Shown here one piece after another: positions 17,673 through 29,139 of a stretch of 64,000 nt of DNA. A program made the position numbers and the translations under genes. Within the stretch, counting starts at the first letter, position 1. Each line of letters starts with the position of its first letter. Source of the DNA: a bacterium. Its GTDB lineage: Bacteria > UBA8248. The stretch spans positions 3,776,001 through 3,840,000 of the forward strand of contig OY843592.1 in assembly GCA_963692865.2 (NCBI GenBank), given 5' to 3'. Below the pieces are notes generated by a model. That model did not search any database, was not told the origin of the DNA, and was given only the letters and a program-made list of their open reading frames with translations.

Positions 17673-19589
17673 CTATTCCCTGATCCTGTACAAGAAAACC
17701 CGGCTTTTCGTACCCTTCAACAACCCCGAGTCCGCCGCCGCCACGACGAGGTCGTCGGAACCGTCGTTGTCCGCGTCGCCGAAGGCGAAATCCACGACTC
17801 CCCGGCCCAGTTTTCTGGAGCGCCAAGTCTCGGCCAGACCGCCGCCGTCCCACACCAGGCTCGCTATCTGCCCCCCCGAAACGCCCAGGCCCGGCGCGAT
17901 GGCGGCGGCGTACTCGTTGCGGATCACCAGCACCTCGTCCACCCCGTCCCTGTCCACGTCTTCGACCAGCACGCGCGAGCGTATGGGGAGGTCCGGCGTG
18001 TGCGCCCCGTCGCCCGTGGTCTCGGCCCTGGCCTCGGAGAAGAACTTATGGACGGGCGCGCCGTATTTTTCCGAACTGGAGTAGATGCTTTGCCCGCTCC
18101 TCGAGAACACCCTCAGCCTGTCGTCCTCGCCCACCTCGACCACCTCCAGCGCGCCGTCCCCGTTGACGTCCCAAAGGCCGAAGCCGAGAATCGTCAAGTC
18201 GGGCGGAAGCTGATAGGGGGCGGCGGGCGCGAGTTTCCCGCCCGACCAGCGATAGCTGCGGATGGGGCCTTCGAAAGCCCTGTCGATCCCCTCGCTCTGG
18301 CCCAGGAGCAGGTAGGCTTCCGAATCGGGCATCTTCGCGCCCCTCTCGGGCCGCCGGACGCGAAGGAGGCGGTAGAATGTCCTGTCGTTGCGGACGAGGG
18401 TCGTGAACTTGCCGCCCTTGAACTGCAGGATCATCGAGAACAACTCGTTCGAGCGGTAGGAGGCGAGGTAGAACTCGGGCGCGCCGTCTCCGTTCATGTC
18501 GGCGACGTCGAGCCAGCGGAAATCGTTCGCCGGCCCCCCGTCGAAGCGGGCGACCTCGCGCATGCGCCTCTCCCCGAAGCGGTAGACGGTGAGACGGGTC
18601 GGCGTGATGAGGACGACCTCGTTCTTCCCGTCGCCGTCCACGTCCGAGACGGACATCCCCCGGACGGCGACCTTGTCGAAAAGATAGCTCTTCACGCCGC
18701 CGGCCCCGCCGGGCGCGCCCTCTCGGGCGAGCACGAAGCTCTCGTTCGCGGGTCCCGCGCGCCCCCCGCCCGCGCCGCGCTTGAGCGCCTGTTCCCTGAG
18801 CGGGCCCTGCTCGAAGGGCAACTCGTCCGCAATCGCCACGGCCCGGAAGAGTTCCTTCTTCGTGGTGAGGGACAAGAGACGGGTGGAGAGAACCTTCTTC
18901 CCCCGGACTTCGCGCAGTTCGTTCTCGAGGGCCATGTCGCCCCGCACCTGGTTGCGCAGGCGGATGGGGTTCTCGTTTTTCAGGATTTCATCGGTGGCGA
19001 TGCCCGTCTCGAGCAGCCACACGTGGAGCCTGTCCACGTCGTAGACGTCGAAGCGCCCGCTCCCGAGGAGTTGGCGCCCGAGTTCCCTCGTGAGCGTCTC
19101 CATGCTGACGGACTCTTCCGTCCGGTTCACGAAGGGCAGCACCGCCAGGCGGATCTTCGAGGCGGACATGCGCACCGTGTCCTTCACGCGCGGGGAAAGC
19201 CGCCCGCCGGGCGCCAGGCGCGCCAGACGGGCGATGGAGAATTTCTCCCGCACCTCGACGACCTCGACCTCGCCTATCTCCTCTTCCAGCCTGCCGAGGA
19301 CGACGCCCGTCGTCGGGTGGCGGAACGGCGCGCCCTCGCGGTAGACGCCCAGCCTGGCGCCCTTGACCACCTCGTCCTTCTCGCCGAAGCTCAGGTAGAG
19401 GTCCGCTCCCCGGACGGCGACCACCGCGCCGCGCAGGTTCGGGAACCTCCCGCGCAGCTTGTCGCTGATGAGGCCCAGGGCCTTGCGGTAATCGTTCTCC
19501 TGGGCGTGAATCCCGCCTCCGGGCGCGCCGAGGAGAACCGCGAAAGCGGACAGGACGAGCAGCGCCTTCTTGACGACGTGCGAAAACAT
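17673..19589 (-). CDS. Exported FG-GAP/VCBS-repeat (beta-propeller) protein
   Basis: Signal peptide; repeated DVDGDGKNE / DMNGDGAPE / DVNGDGALE / DVDRDGVDE / DADNDGSDD motifs. Confidence 0.8.
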   Translation of the reverse strand: MFSHVVKKALLVLSAFAVLLGAPGGGIHAQENDYRKALGLISDKLRGRFPNLRGAVVAVRGADLYLSFGEKDEVVKGARLGVYREGAPFRHPTTGVVLGRLEEEIGEVEVVEVREKFSIARLARLAPGGRLSPRVKDTVRMSASKIRLAVLPFVNRTEESVSMETLTRELGRQLLGSGRFDVYDVDRLHVWLLETGIATDEILKNENPIRLRNQVRGDMALENELREVRGKKVLSTRLLSLTTKKELFRAVAIADELPFEQGPLREQALKRGAGGGRAGPANESFVLAREGAPGGAGGVKSYLFDKVAVRGMSVSDVDGDGKNEVVLITPTRLTVYRFGERRMREVARFDGGPANDFRWLDVADMNGDGAPEFYLASYRSNELFSMILQFKGGKFTTLVRNDRTFYRLLRVRRPERGAKMPDSEAYLLLGQSEGIDRAFEGPIRSYRWSGGKLAPAAPYQLPPDLTILGFGLWDVNGDGALEVVEVGEDDRLRVFSRSGQSIYSSSEKYGAPVHKFFSEARAETTGDGAHTPDLPIRSRVLVEDVDRDGVDEVLVIRNEYAAAIAPGLGVSGGQIASLVWDGGGLAETWRSRKLGRGVVDFAFGDADNDGSDDLVVAAADSGLLKGTKSRVFLYRIRE

Positions 19590-19744
19590 ATCAAATCCTC
19601 ATGCGCAGAGATGCGCTCTCAAGAGACCCGGGGCGCGGCTTCGGACGATCAATCGGCCGTCGTTCGACATCGAAGACGGAAAGCCGCGACCACCCCCAAA
19701 TATACCGCGTAAGAGGCAGAAAGCAAGTTTCTCCCGCCCATCGC

Positions 19745-20060
19745 GAAAAGCCTTCGGGGGTTGTGTTGAAACAGCCTCCTGACAGGGTAAAGGCAACCCC
19801 CTTGAAGGGGAAACCCCATAAAGGCACCCCCCTACCCCCCCCCCGCCTCATCCTTCGATACGCGGCTTCGCCGCTACTCAGGATGAGGGTGCAGGTCGGA
19901 CATATATGTCCGACATATCATGCGACCCGGCCTTTTCTCGCCCCTCCGCAACGGGCCGCATGATATGCGGCCCCTACAGGGGAGCCGGCGCAGGAACAGG
20001 CCCTTGGCTGAGGAACAGGGCGGTTCGCGAACCGCCCCGGCGGAGAAATCGTAGCCGGAC
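19745..20060. repeat. REP/MITE mosaic
   Basis: CCTTCGATACGCGGCTTCGCCGCTACTCAGGATGA (also at ~6690), REP palindromes, GGCGGTTCGCGAACCGCC. Confidence 0.85.
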
Positions 20061-20105
20061 AGGCCCTTGGCCTGTTCGGGGTCTCCGCGCCCGCCCGGCC
20101 CGCTA

Positions 20106-20213
20106 TTGACAAGCCAAACCCGCGCATGTAGATCGCTCTTCGCCATTATCCGCTACGCCCGTAGGCGGGCGCGTATTTCAAGGCCCCTCACGGGACTCAC
20201 CCGTGGGGGGCCT
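20106..20213 (+). promoter_or_regulatory. Putative promoter plus two-hairpin leader of the NYN gene
   Basis: TTGACA-N17-TAGATC; hairpins CGCCCG-TAGG-CGGGCG and AGGCCCCTCACGGG-ACTCA-CCCGTGGGGGGCCT. Confidence 0.5.
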
Positions 20214-20219
20214 ATCCAC

Positions 20220-20807
20220 CTGAAAACAGCAGTCCTTATCGATGGCGGCCATCTTCGCGTTCTTGCCCGGCGAGCCGGGTATCGTTACGATCCGGATTAC
20301 ATTGAGGCCGTTGCCCACGCTTGTGTCATCCCTGATGAAATTTTGCTCCGTGTTCTTTACTATGACTGCGCTCCTTACCAAGGCAGCCCCAAGCTGCCGG
20401 TCTCGGGTAAACCCGCCAATTTCCGCGGATCGGACGAATGGCTCAAAGCCCCCGCCGCCAGACCTTGCTTCGCCGTCCGCCTCGGCGCCCTGAAGTTCCG
20501 GGGCTTCGTGCCGAAGAAGACGCCCCTCGTCCGGGGCGCTCTTTCCGATCAAGACTTCAAGCCTCGATTCGAGCAGAAGGGGGTCGATATGCGAATCGGT
20601 CTCGACATCGCCACCTACGCAACCAACCGGTCGGTAGAACGGATTATTCTGATCAGCGGAGACACCGACTGTTTGCCGGCCTTGAAGTTCGCCCGCATTG
20701 CCGGCCTCCAGATCGTGCTCGTTCAATTTCCGCAACAACAGTTCGCGCAAGAATTACTTTGGCACTCGGACTTCCAAAGACAAGTCAAGTGGCCTGAACA
20801 ACAATAG
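20220..20807 (+). CDS. NYN domain (LabA/DUF88, PIN-like) ribonuclease
   Basis: KTAVLIDG, RVLYYDC, EQKGVDMRIGLDI, ILISGDTDC motifs; start appears non-canonical (CTG) or unresolved. Confidence 0.85.
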   Translation: MKTAVLIDGGHLRVLARRAGYRYDPDYIEAVAHACVIPDEILLRVLYYDCAPYQGSPKLPVSGKPANFRGSDEWLKAPAARPCFAVRLGALKFRGFVPKKTPLVRGALSDQDFKPRFEQKGVDMRIGLDIATYATNRSVERIILISGDTDCLPALKFARIAGLQIVLVQFPQQQFAQELLWHSDFQRQVKWPEQQ

Positions 20808-20823
20808 AAAGGCATTGAACGAG

Positions 20824-20995
20824 GCCTGTTCCGGGGTCGGGCTGACACACGGATCCGCCCCTGTAGTCGTCATCCAGGATGGTATTGCAGGCGGCGATTC
20901 CTCCCGCATCGGTCGAAATCGACCTCCCTCTCCGGTCGGAACCGACTCCTCGGGAGCGCCCCACACATATCATGCGGCACGGCCTTTTCCGCCCC
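20824..20995. repeat. Degenerate REP mosaic
   Basis: CCTGTTCCGGGGTCGGGCTGACACACGGATCCGCCCCT and CATATCATGCGGC variants of modules seen at ~6030 and ~53860. Confidence 0.7.
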
Positions 20996-21402
20996 TCCGA
21001 CGACGCGCCGCGCATTTCCCCGCATTTCGCGTCATGGGCGAGGCGGCGGCGCGTGGCAGGATCGCCCTCCGATACCGTGGGCCGTCCGTTTCCGAAAAAC
21101 GGGCGAATTCCCGTACAATAAGATAAATTCGGATAAAATTGGATAAATAAAGATAAATTTATTGAGGCCAAATAGCTGAAAATAAAGGCGTTCAGTCGTT
21201 TTTGCACGAAACGGCGCATGAGGGAAGGGATCGCGCCGAAAAGGCGTCCGCCTCTTTTTTGACGAAAACGTCCACCCGCCGGCGCGCCTCGTCAGAGCCG
21301 GGATAATCGGCCCGAAAGCCCGCGCGCAGGCGCCCCGTCCGCGCGGCGAACCCGGCCCGCAAGGGGTCTTCAAAAACGTCGAAACGCGGGGCGCGGCTCA
21401 AC

Positions 21403-23298
21403 TCAGGGCCGGGCGAGTCCCAGCTCCCTCATGAGCCTCGGGTGAAGCGGCGCGCCGAATTTCTCCGCCTCTCTCGCGTGTTTTCGGGCGCCGGCGCGGT
21501 CGCCCTCCAGGTACAGGGCCAGCGCCAGATTGTGATGGACGCCTCCGTGGCCGGGCTCGATCTTGAGCGCCGCCCTGAACTGCGCCGCCGCCAGCCGCCT
21601 CAAGCCCGCCTTGAGATAGAGCGTTCCCAGGTTGAAGCGCGCCTCCGCCAGCGCGGGTTTGAGGCTTACCGCCCGCTCGAAGCGCGGCCTCGCCAGATCG
21701 CCGCGACCGGCGCCCATATAGAGCGCCCCCAGCGCCAGGTGCGCCTCCGCGTTCGCGTCGTTCAGCCGCAGGGCGCGCTTCAGGGAAACCTCGGCGGCGG
21801 GCGCATCGCCGCTTTGCATCTGCGCTATGCCTAAATCCACCCAGGCGTAGTCGTAGACGGGATAGATGGCGACGGATTTCCTGAGCGGCGCGATGGCCTC
21901 GCGGAACCTGTTCCGGTCGATCAGGGCCTGCCCGTACACCCGGAGCGCGCGGGCGCTGTCGGGCGACACCTCCGCCGTTCGCCGCCAGAAACGAAGCGCG
22001 TCGCCCCACTCGTGGTTCCGCTTGAGCGTCAGCGCGCCGAAGAGCAGGCAGGCGGCTGCGAGCAGCGCCGCGCCGGTCCGCCAATCCTTTTCGGCGAGCA
22101 AGACGCCCACAGTAGGTACTACGGCGATCAGAAATCCCGCCGAGGGGATGTACATCACGCGCTCCGCCATGATGGTGCCCATGGGGATCAGCAGGTTGCT
22201 CACGGGCAGGTACGCGCCGATGAAAACGGCCAGACCGAAGGCGACCCACGGCATGGTCTTTCTCAAGCGCCAGGCGGCGTATAACCACGCCAGAAACATC
22301 AAGCCCCCCGCCGCCGCCCAGAGCGCGGCTTCGGCGCCTTCCACCGGAATCTGCGCGAAGGAATAATCCATGCTCAAGGGCCACGGCCAGACCAGGAGTT
22401 TGAAATAGCGGCCCAGAACGCCGACGGCGACGAAAATCCGCTCTCCGGCCGGCATCAGCGCCAGGACGTTGTCGAGCTTCGACGGCGGGTAGGGGCGCGC
22501 CAGCATCCCCAAAGCCGCGTATCGCATCCAAAGATAGACGATGAGCACGAGGACGAGCGCGAAGACGGCGATGAGCGTGCGCCCGAGAGGCGGGCGCTCG
22601 GCCTCTCCCGACGCATACCGGCCCCAGAGCCGCCACAACAAGACGCTGAACAGCAGGGCGACGCCGACTTCCTTGGAGAGCAGCGCGAAAAGACAAAGCG
22701 CGCACGCGAGGCCGACGGGCGCGAGCACGCCTCGATACGGGAGGCCTCCATCGCCTCCCCTCTCGCGGCTCCCCTGCGCAACGCCCGGTTTCGCCCCCGG
22801 CAGCGCGACGCCCATCAACAGGCCCAATCCCCCGAACACGCCGACGGCGGCCATCAGGTCGGCGCGCGCGACGACGGCGTTCACCGCTTCGGTATGGACC
22901 GGGTGGAGGGCGAACAGCAGGGAAACGGCCCCCGCCGCGTTGCGCGAAAGCCCGAAGCGGATGCACAGCCAGAACAGCGCGAGCGAGGCGAGGGCGTGAA
23001 GCAAGGCGTTGACGATTCTGTAACCCAGCGGATTCAGGCCGCCGAGCGCGTGGTTCAGCGCGAACGAGGCGATTGTGAGGGGCCGATAGAGGCGGTCTCT
23101 TCCCTCGTTCGTCTCGAGCACGGCCCAGTAGTCGCGCCGGAACGCTTCCAGCAGGCGGCCGCTCTCGCGGACGAGCGGATTCTCGCCGATGATGGCGACG
23201 TCGTCGTGCAGGAACGGGTTCGAAAACGCGCCCGCGAAGATGAGAAACGCGGATCCTGCGACGGCGCAGGCCCAACCCCATTTCACGAGCGAGCGCAT
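21403..23298 (-). CDS. TMTC-like (DUF1736) multi-pass GT-C glycosyltransferase with C-terminal TPRs
   Basis: FLHDD, YRPLT, HPVHTEAV, SKE, LSMDYS, AERVMYIPS motifs followed by several TPRs; start uncertain. Confidence 0.8.
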   Translation of the reverse strand: MRSLVKWGWACAVAGSAFLIFAGAFSNPFLHDDVAIIGENPLVRESGRLLEAFRRDYWAVLETNEGRDRLYRPLTIASFALNHALGGLNPLGYRIVNALLHALASLALFWLCIRFGLSRNAAGAVSLLFALHPVHTEAVNAVVARADLMAAVGVFGGLGLLMGVALPGAKPGVAQGSRERGGDGGLPYRGVLAPVGLACALCLFALLSKEVGVALLFSVLLWRLWGRYASGEAERPPLGRTLIAVFALVLVLIVYLWMRYAALGMLARPYPPSKLDNVLALMPAGERIFVAVGVLGRYFKLLVWPWPLSMDYSFAQIPVEGAEAALWAAAGGLMFLAWLYAAWRLRKTMPWVAFGLAVFIGAYLPVSNLLIPMGTIMAERVMYIPSAGFLIAVVPTVGVLLAEKDWRTGAALLAAACLLFGALTLKRNHEWGDALRFWRRTAEVSPDSARALRVYGQALIDRNRFREAIAPLRKSVAIYPVYDYAWVDLGIAQMQSGDAPAAEVSLKRALRLNDANAEAHLALGALYMGAGRGDLARPRFERAVSLKPALAEARFNLGTLYLKAGLRRLAAAQFRAALKIEPGHGGVHHNLALALYLEGDRAGARKHAREAEKFGAPLHPRLMRELGLARP

Positions 23299-23559
23299 GC
23301 GTCCTCTCTCATCCGTTGCCTGAACTATCGGGTTTCCCGCCAAGGCGCCGGCAGCCGCCCGGAAAAGAACGGCTGCCGCATGGAAAGGCTCCCGGTATGC
23401 GGCCCGGCTCAAGTAATTTCAGGGACATCCGAATCATCATGCCGCATCATGACAACAAAACCTCCGCCCCGCCAGCAGAAACGTCGATAAAATCGTCCAT
23501 CTCGTCCGCTTTTCCTTTTGACTCCCGGCGAAACGACTGCTAGTCTTTTCACTTACGAG

Positions 23560-23636
23560 TTCGCTGGGGGTGCCTTGCAGGCTGAGAACAAACCCTTCGA
23601 ACCTGAACCGGTTAGCGCCGGCGTAGGGAAGCGACA
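23560..23636 (+). ncRNA. TPP riboswitch
   Basis: GGGGTGC...GCTGAGA..AACCC..GAACCTGA..CGGTTA..GCCGGCGTAGGGAAG consensus directly upstream of thiC. Confidence 0.93.
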
Positions 23637-23724
23637 GGTCTTCCAAATCCTCCGGTTTCCCTTCGCCGACATGTGAATAAAGAGGGTTCATCCCAGGGGA
23701 AAGCTTCATCCTTCTCCGACATGA

Positions 23725-25539
<1,815 letters not shown>

Positions 25540-25564
25540 TTCGCTTATACAAACAACCCGAACC

Positions 25565-25605
25565 AAACCCCGCTTGGGTTAAAACCCAGGCGGGGTTTTT
25601 GTTTT
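25565..25605 (+). terminator. Rho-independent terminator after thiC
   Basis: AAACCCCGCTTGGGTT-AA-AACCCAGGCGGGGTTTTT. Confidence 0.85.
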
Positions 25606-25684
25606 CATTCGAAAATCAACACAAGACTTTGGCGCCGAATTGATGATAAATTTCTCTTATCGGACCAAGTCGAGGGGAGCCGTC

Positions 25685-26743
25685 ATGTCGCTGAGAATGG
25701 GCGTTTGGGCGCCGGTGTGGGGCACGTTTCTGGGGCGTGTCGAAAAGCCCGAGACGGTGAAGGAGGCCTCCTTCGAGCACAACGCGCGCTACATCCGGCG
25801 CGCGGAAGCGTTGGGCTTCGAGAGCACCCTGCTGCTGGACAGGAGCCTCAACAGCATCAAGGGCGTGGGCGCGCCGGTTCTGGAGGCCTGGATCACGGCG
25901 GCGGCGCTCGCGCCCATCACGGAGAAAATCGAGCTCATCGTCGCCGCCAAGAGCGCCTACCGCCACCCATCGCTCGTCGCCCAGATGGGGGCGAACATCG
26001 ACTGCATCAGCGGGGGGCGCTTCGCCATCAACATCGTCTCGGGCTGGTGGGGGCAGGAAAACGAGATGGCGGGCATCCCCTTCCCGCCGCACGATGAACG
26101 CTACGATCTGTCCGAAGAAGTCATGCGCATCCTCAAATCCTACTGGACGAAGGAGCGCTTCAGCTTCAAGGGCAGGTATTTCCAGATTACCGACGGCGTC
26201 ACCGCGCCCAAACCCGTCCGAAAGCCCTGGCCCACGTTTTATTTCGGGGGCGAATCGACCGCCGCCGTGAAGCTGGCCGGCAAGGCCGCGGACGTTTTCC
26301 TGTTCAACGGCCGTTCACTCGCAGAAGCGCGGGAGTTGATGGCCGCCGTGAACCATGAAGCGGAAGCAAATGACAGAACCATCCGCCACGGGATGAGCTC
26401 GTTCATCGTCTGCCGCGATACGGACGAGGAGGCCCGGTCGGAACTCGATCGCCTTTTCTCGCTCATCACCGAAACGCCCAGGCTCAAGGGCGTCGACAAG
26501 GCCGCCCAGCACAAGAAAACGAGCGCGAGAGGAGGCGGCGTGGGCTCGAACGGCGGCACGGCGACGGGCCTCGTCGGCTCGCCTGAAACCATCGCCGAGC
26601 GCATCATGGCGTTTCACGAGGCGGGTGTGGAGTTGTTCCTCCTCCAGTTCCATCCCATGTTCGAGGAGATGGAGCGCTTCGCGTCTGAGGTCATGCCGCT
26701 TTTGCCCCTGGGCGAGAAGGCGCCCGAGGCGGGGAAGGTCTAG
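25685..26743 (+). CDS. LLM-class flavin-dependent monooxygenase (SsuD/SfnG-like)
   Basis: AEALGFE, LEAW, ISGGRFAINIVSGW, HDERY, FGGES, LVGSPETIAER. Confidence 0.88.
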   Translation: MSLRMGVWAPVWGTFLGRVEKPETVKEASFEHNARYIRRAEALGFESTLLLDRSLNSIKGVGAPVLEAWITAAALAPITEKIELIVAAKSAYRHPSLVAQMGANIDCISGGRFAINIVSGWWGQENEMAGIPFPPHDERYDLSEEVMRILKSYWTKERFSFKGRYFQITDGVTAPKPVRKPWPTFYFGGESTAAVKLAGKAADVFLFNGRSLAEARELMAAVNHEAEANDRTIRHGMSSFIVCRDTDEEARSELDRLFSLITETPRLKGVDKAAQHKKTSARGGGVGSNGGTATGLVGSPETIAERIMAFHEAGVELFLLQFHPMFEEMERFASEVMPLLPLGEKAPEAGKV

Positions 26744-26750
26744 TTCCCGT

Positions 26751-27227
26751 TCACTCCAGCGATACGCGCGCGCCCAGCCCGAAGCCGTTTCTGAGAAACC
26801 AGCCCTGGTTCACCTCCAGCACCCGGCGAACCTTGTTTCGCGAGCGATAGGAGGGAATCCGCGTCCCCGGCCTGTGGGGCTGCAAGTGGATGATTTCCAA
26901 CACCTTTCCGTTCTTGTCGATGAAGGCGAGCGAAAGCGGAATCAGCGTGTTCTTCATCCAGAAAAAGCGCCTCGCATCATCCTTGTAAACGAAGAGCATA
27001 CCGGCGTTTTCGGCCAGCCGCTCCCGGCCCATGAGGCCCTGCGCGCGGGTGAGGGCGTCAGCGGCGATCTCGACCGAGAGCCTGGCCTCGCGCCCCTCCT
27101 GGGTGACCCGCGCCACTCCCTTTTCGAACGTCTGGGCGGCGGCGGATGAGGGCGCGAGCAACGCCCATGCGAGCGCCGCGGCGCGGGCAAAGCCGATCCT
27201 TGAAATCGATCTCACGGATAACCTCAT
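26751..27227 (-). CDS. DUF192 family exported protein
   Basis: VEIA...RAQGLMGR, GMLF, FWMKNTLIPLSLAFID, VLEVNQG. Confidence 0.88.
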   Translation of the reverse strand: MRLSVRSISRIGFARAAALAWALLAPSSAAAQTFEKGVARVTQEGREARLSVEIAADALTRAQGLMGRERLAENAGMLFVYKDDARRFFWMKNTLIPLSLAFIDKNGKVLEIIHLQPHRPGTRIPSYRSRNKVRRVLEVNQGWFLRNGFGLGARVSLE

Positions 27228-27629
27228 ATGGAACAGCTACTTAAAGGGACACGCGAGGAGCGCCGCCCGGAGAAATTCGACCCCGCATTTCCCCGCATTT
27301 GCCGTCATCGCCGGCGCAGCGGACTATGGCAGAATTCTCCCGTGCTGCGCTCCGGCGGCGGCGTTTCCCAAGAAATAAATCCTCATTTATTTGTCGAAAA
27401 ACATCGTGAATTTATCCAATTTTATACAATTTCATCCAATTTTTCAGAAATTCGTTTCCCGGTTCGACAACCCTCGCGCAGCGCCGCCATACCCGGCCCG
27501 CAGCCTCGCCGCCGCGGGCGAATGCGGGAAAACGCGCGCCCGGTTCCGGGCGAAGCGGGAGGATTCGACCCGCCCGGGACAGGAGGCCGCCCGAGCCTCG
27601 CGGGAACGCCCCCCGCGCCTGCCGCTCCA

Positions 27630-27945
27630 GGGGTTGTTGAAAAACCCCTCCTCGCTCGGAATTGACCACCGCCGTCATTCCGGCGAAAGCCGGAATCCAT
27701 TTTCAAGCAGAATGACAATACTTCGGCTTTTCATCTCCTCGTCATTGGCGGGAGCCAATCAGGAAAAAACAAAGGCAAAACAAACAAATGGATTCCGGCT
27801 TTCGCCGGAATGACGAACAAAACCGAACCGCCTCGAAAGGACAGGCCGCGACCTCGAAAAGGCGAAAGGGCCTGTCCGCTACGCACCCCCTCCCCGGTTG
27901 GTTCCATTCACCAAATCACGAAAACGGGCTTTTTCAACAACCCCC
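27630..27945. repeat. MITE-like unit with GTCATTCCGGCGAAAGCCGGAAT inverted pair
   Basis: GGGTTGTTGAAAAACCCCTCCTCGCTCGG...TTTTTCAACAACCC; internal GCCGGAATCCATTT/AAATGGATTCCGGC. Confidence 0.85.
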
Positions 27946-28491
27946 TCCAGGGCGGGTAGAGCGGTCCGCTTCCACGGCAAGTTCGGCCTCGCTCCTCATT
28001 CCGGCGCATGTCGAAACAGCGGCAACCCCGAAGTTCCCTCATGGTTTCCCGCGCTTGTCCCTGCCCCGGGTCGCCGCCCGTCAGGACAAGCGCGGCGCGG
28101 TGGCCCGTCCCGGCGGCCGGGACGCAAGATTCGCCGGGCGGCGCGGGGGCGCCGGACTTCCCGAAGAGGGGAGTTCGACCGTTGCCGCCCTTGCGATGAG
28201 AAAACTCCGGGCGGCAAGAATTGAATCTCGCCGCTGCGTCAGGATGGAGAATGACGAGGCTTCGCAGGGCCGGGACGGTTTGGGCCGCGCGCGTTCGCAT
28301 CAAAACCCGTTCAATGGGAGAATACCTCACCAAAGTCTCACGGAACTCGCGAAAGGGCCGGAAGCGGCGCCTGAACCCCCGGGCGGGCGTCCCGATTCGG
28401 GCGCGCGGCGGTGGGGCATCCACCGGGGTTCGGCGGGCGCGCTCCCGAAGCCCCCGCTCATTCATCCCGCCGCGGACAGGGAGGAACCACA

Positions 28492-28959
28492 ATGGCCGGA
28501 GACCATCATCACTTCATGGGGCTGGCGCTCGGGGAATCGCGTCTTGCGCTCGAGGCGGGGAACCCGCCCGTCGGCTCGATCATCGTCAGGGACGGAGAGG
28601 TGATCGGCAGGGGGCAGAACCGCGCCGTCTCCCGCAACGACCCCACCTGCCACGGCGAGACCGACGCCATCCGGAACGCATGCCGGGCGCTGGGCGCTCC
28701 CGATCTCCCCGGCTCGACGCTCTACACGGCGATGGAGCCCTGCCCGATGTGCTGCTGGGCCATCGTCCTGGCGAAGGTCGAAACGCTCGTCCTGGGCGCG
28801 CGCCACGCGGAAATGGGGCGAACCGACTACGGCGACTATTCCGTCGAGAAACTCCTGGACATGGGGAACCAGACCGTCGAGCTCGTCACGGGGGTCCGGG
28901 TGGCCGAATGCGAGGCGCTCCGGCGCAGCTGGTCGGGGTGGGTGGAGCCCGAAGCGTAG
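28492..28959 (+). CDS. Zinc-dependent nucleoside/nucleobase deaminase (guanine deaminase/TadA-like)
   Basis: PVGSIIV, DPTCHGETDAIR, LYTAMEPCPMC; GGAGG RBS. Confidence 0.88.
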   Translation: MAGDHHHFMGLALGESRLALEAGNPPVGSIIVRDGEVIGRGQNRAVSRNDPTCHGETDAIRNACRALGAPDLPGSTLYTAMEPCPMCCWAIVLAKVETLVLGARHAEMGRTDYGDYSVEKLLDMGNQTVELVTGVRVAECEALRRSWSGWVEPEA

Positions 28960-28976
28960 CCTTCGAGCGAAAACGA

Positions 28977-29121
28977 GGCTGTTGAAAAAGTCCTGTGGAG
29001 TGAATTTAGTTGCACGCACGCTTTTGAAATTCACTCCCCCCTCAAGGGGGGAGTGGTTCTTCTCTCTCATCTGTTGATTCCAAACGCCGAACCATGAAAT
29101 CGGGACTTTTTCAACAACCCC
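28977..29121. repeat. Short MITE-like unit
   Basis: GGCTGTTGAAAAAGTCC ... GGACTTTTTCAACAACC inverted ends; internal ACTCCCCCCTCAAGGGGGGAGT palindrome. Confidence 0.85.
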
Positions 29122-29139
29122 AAAACGAGGAGAAAATTC

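Noticed and set aside
21115-21185. Replication origin (DnaA boxes)
   Set aside because: The motif is TTATCCAAT/TTATCCGAA rather than TTATCCACA, a second similar patch exists at ~27400, and no dnaA/dnaN/gidA context is present.
27950-28490. Unassigned ~540 bp upstream of the deaminase (riboswitch or gene remnant?)
   Set aside because: No recognisable riboswitch consensus or protein motif in any frame by eye; an Rfam/BLASTX search would be needed.
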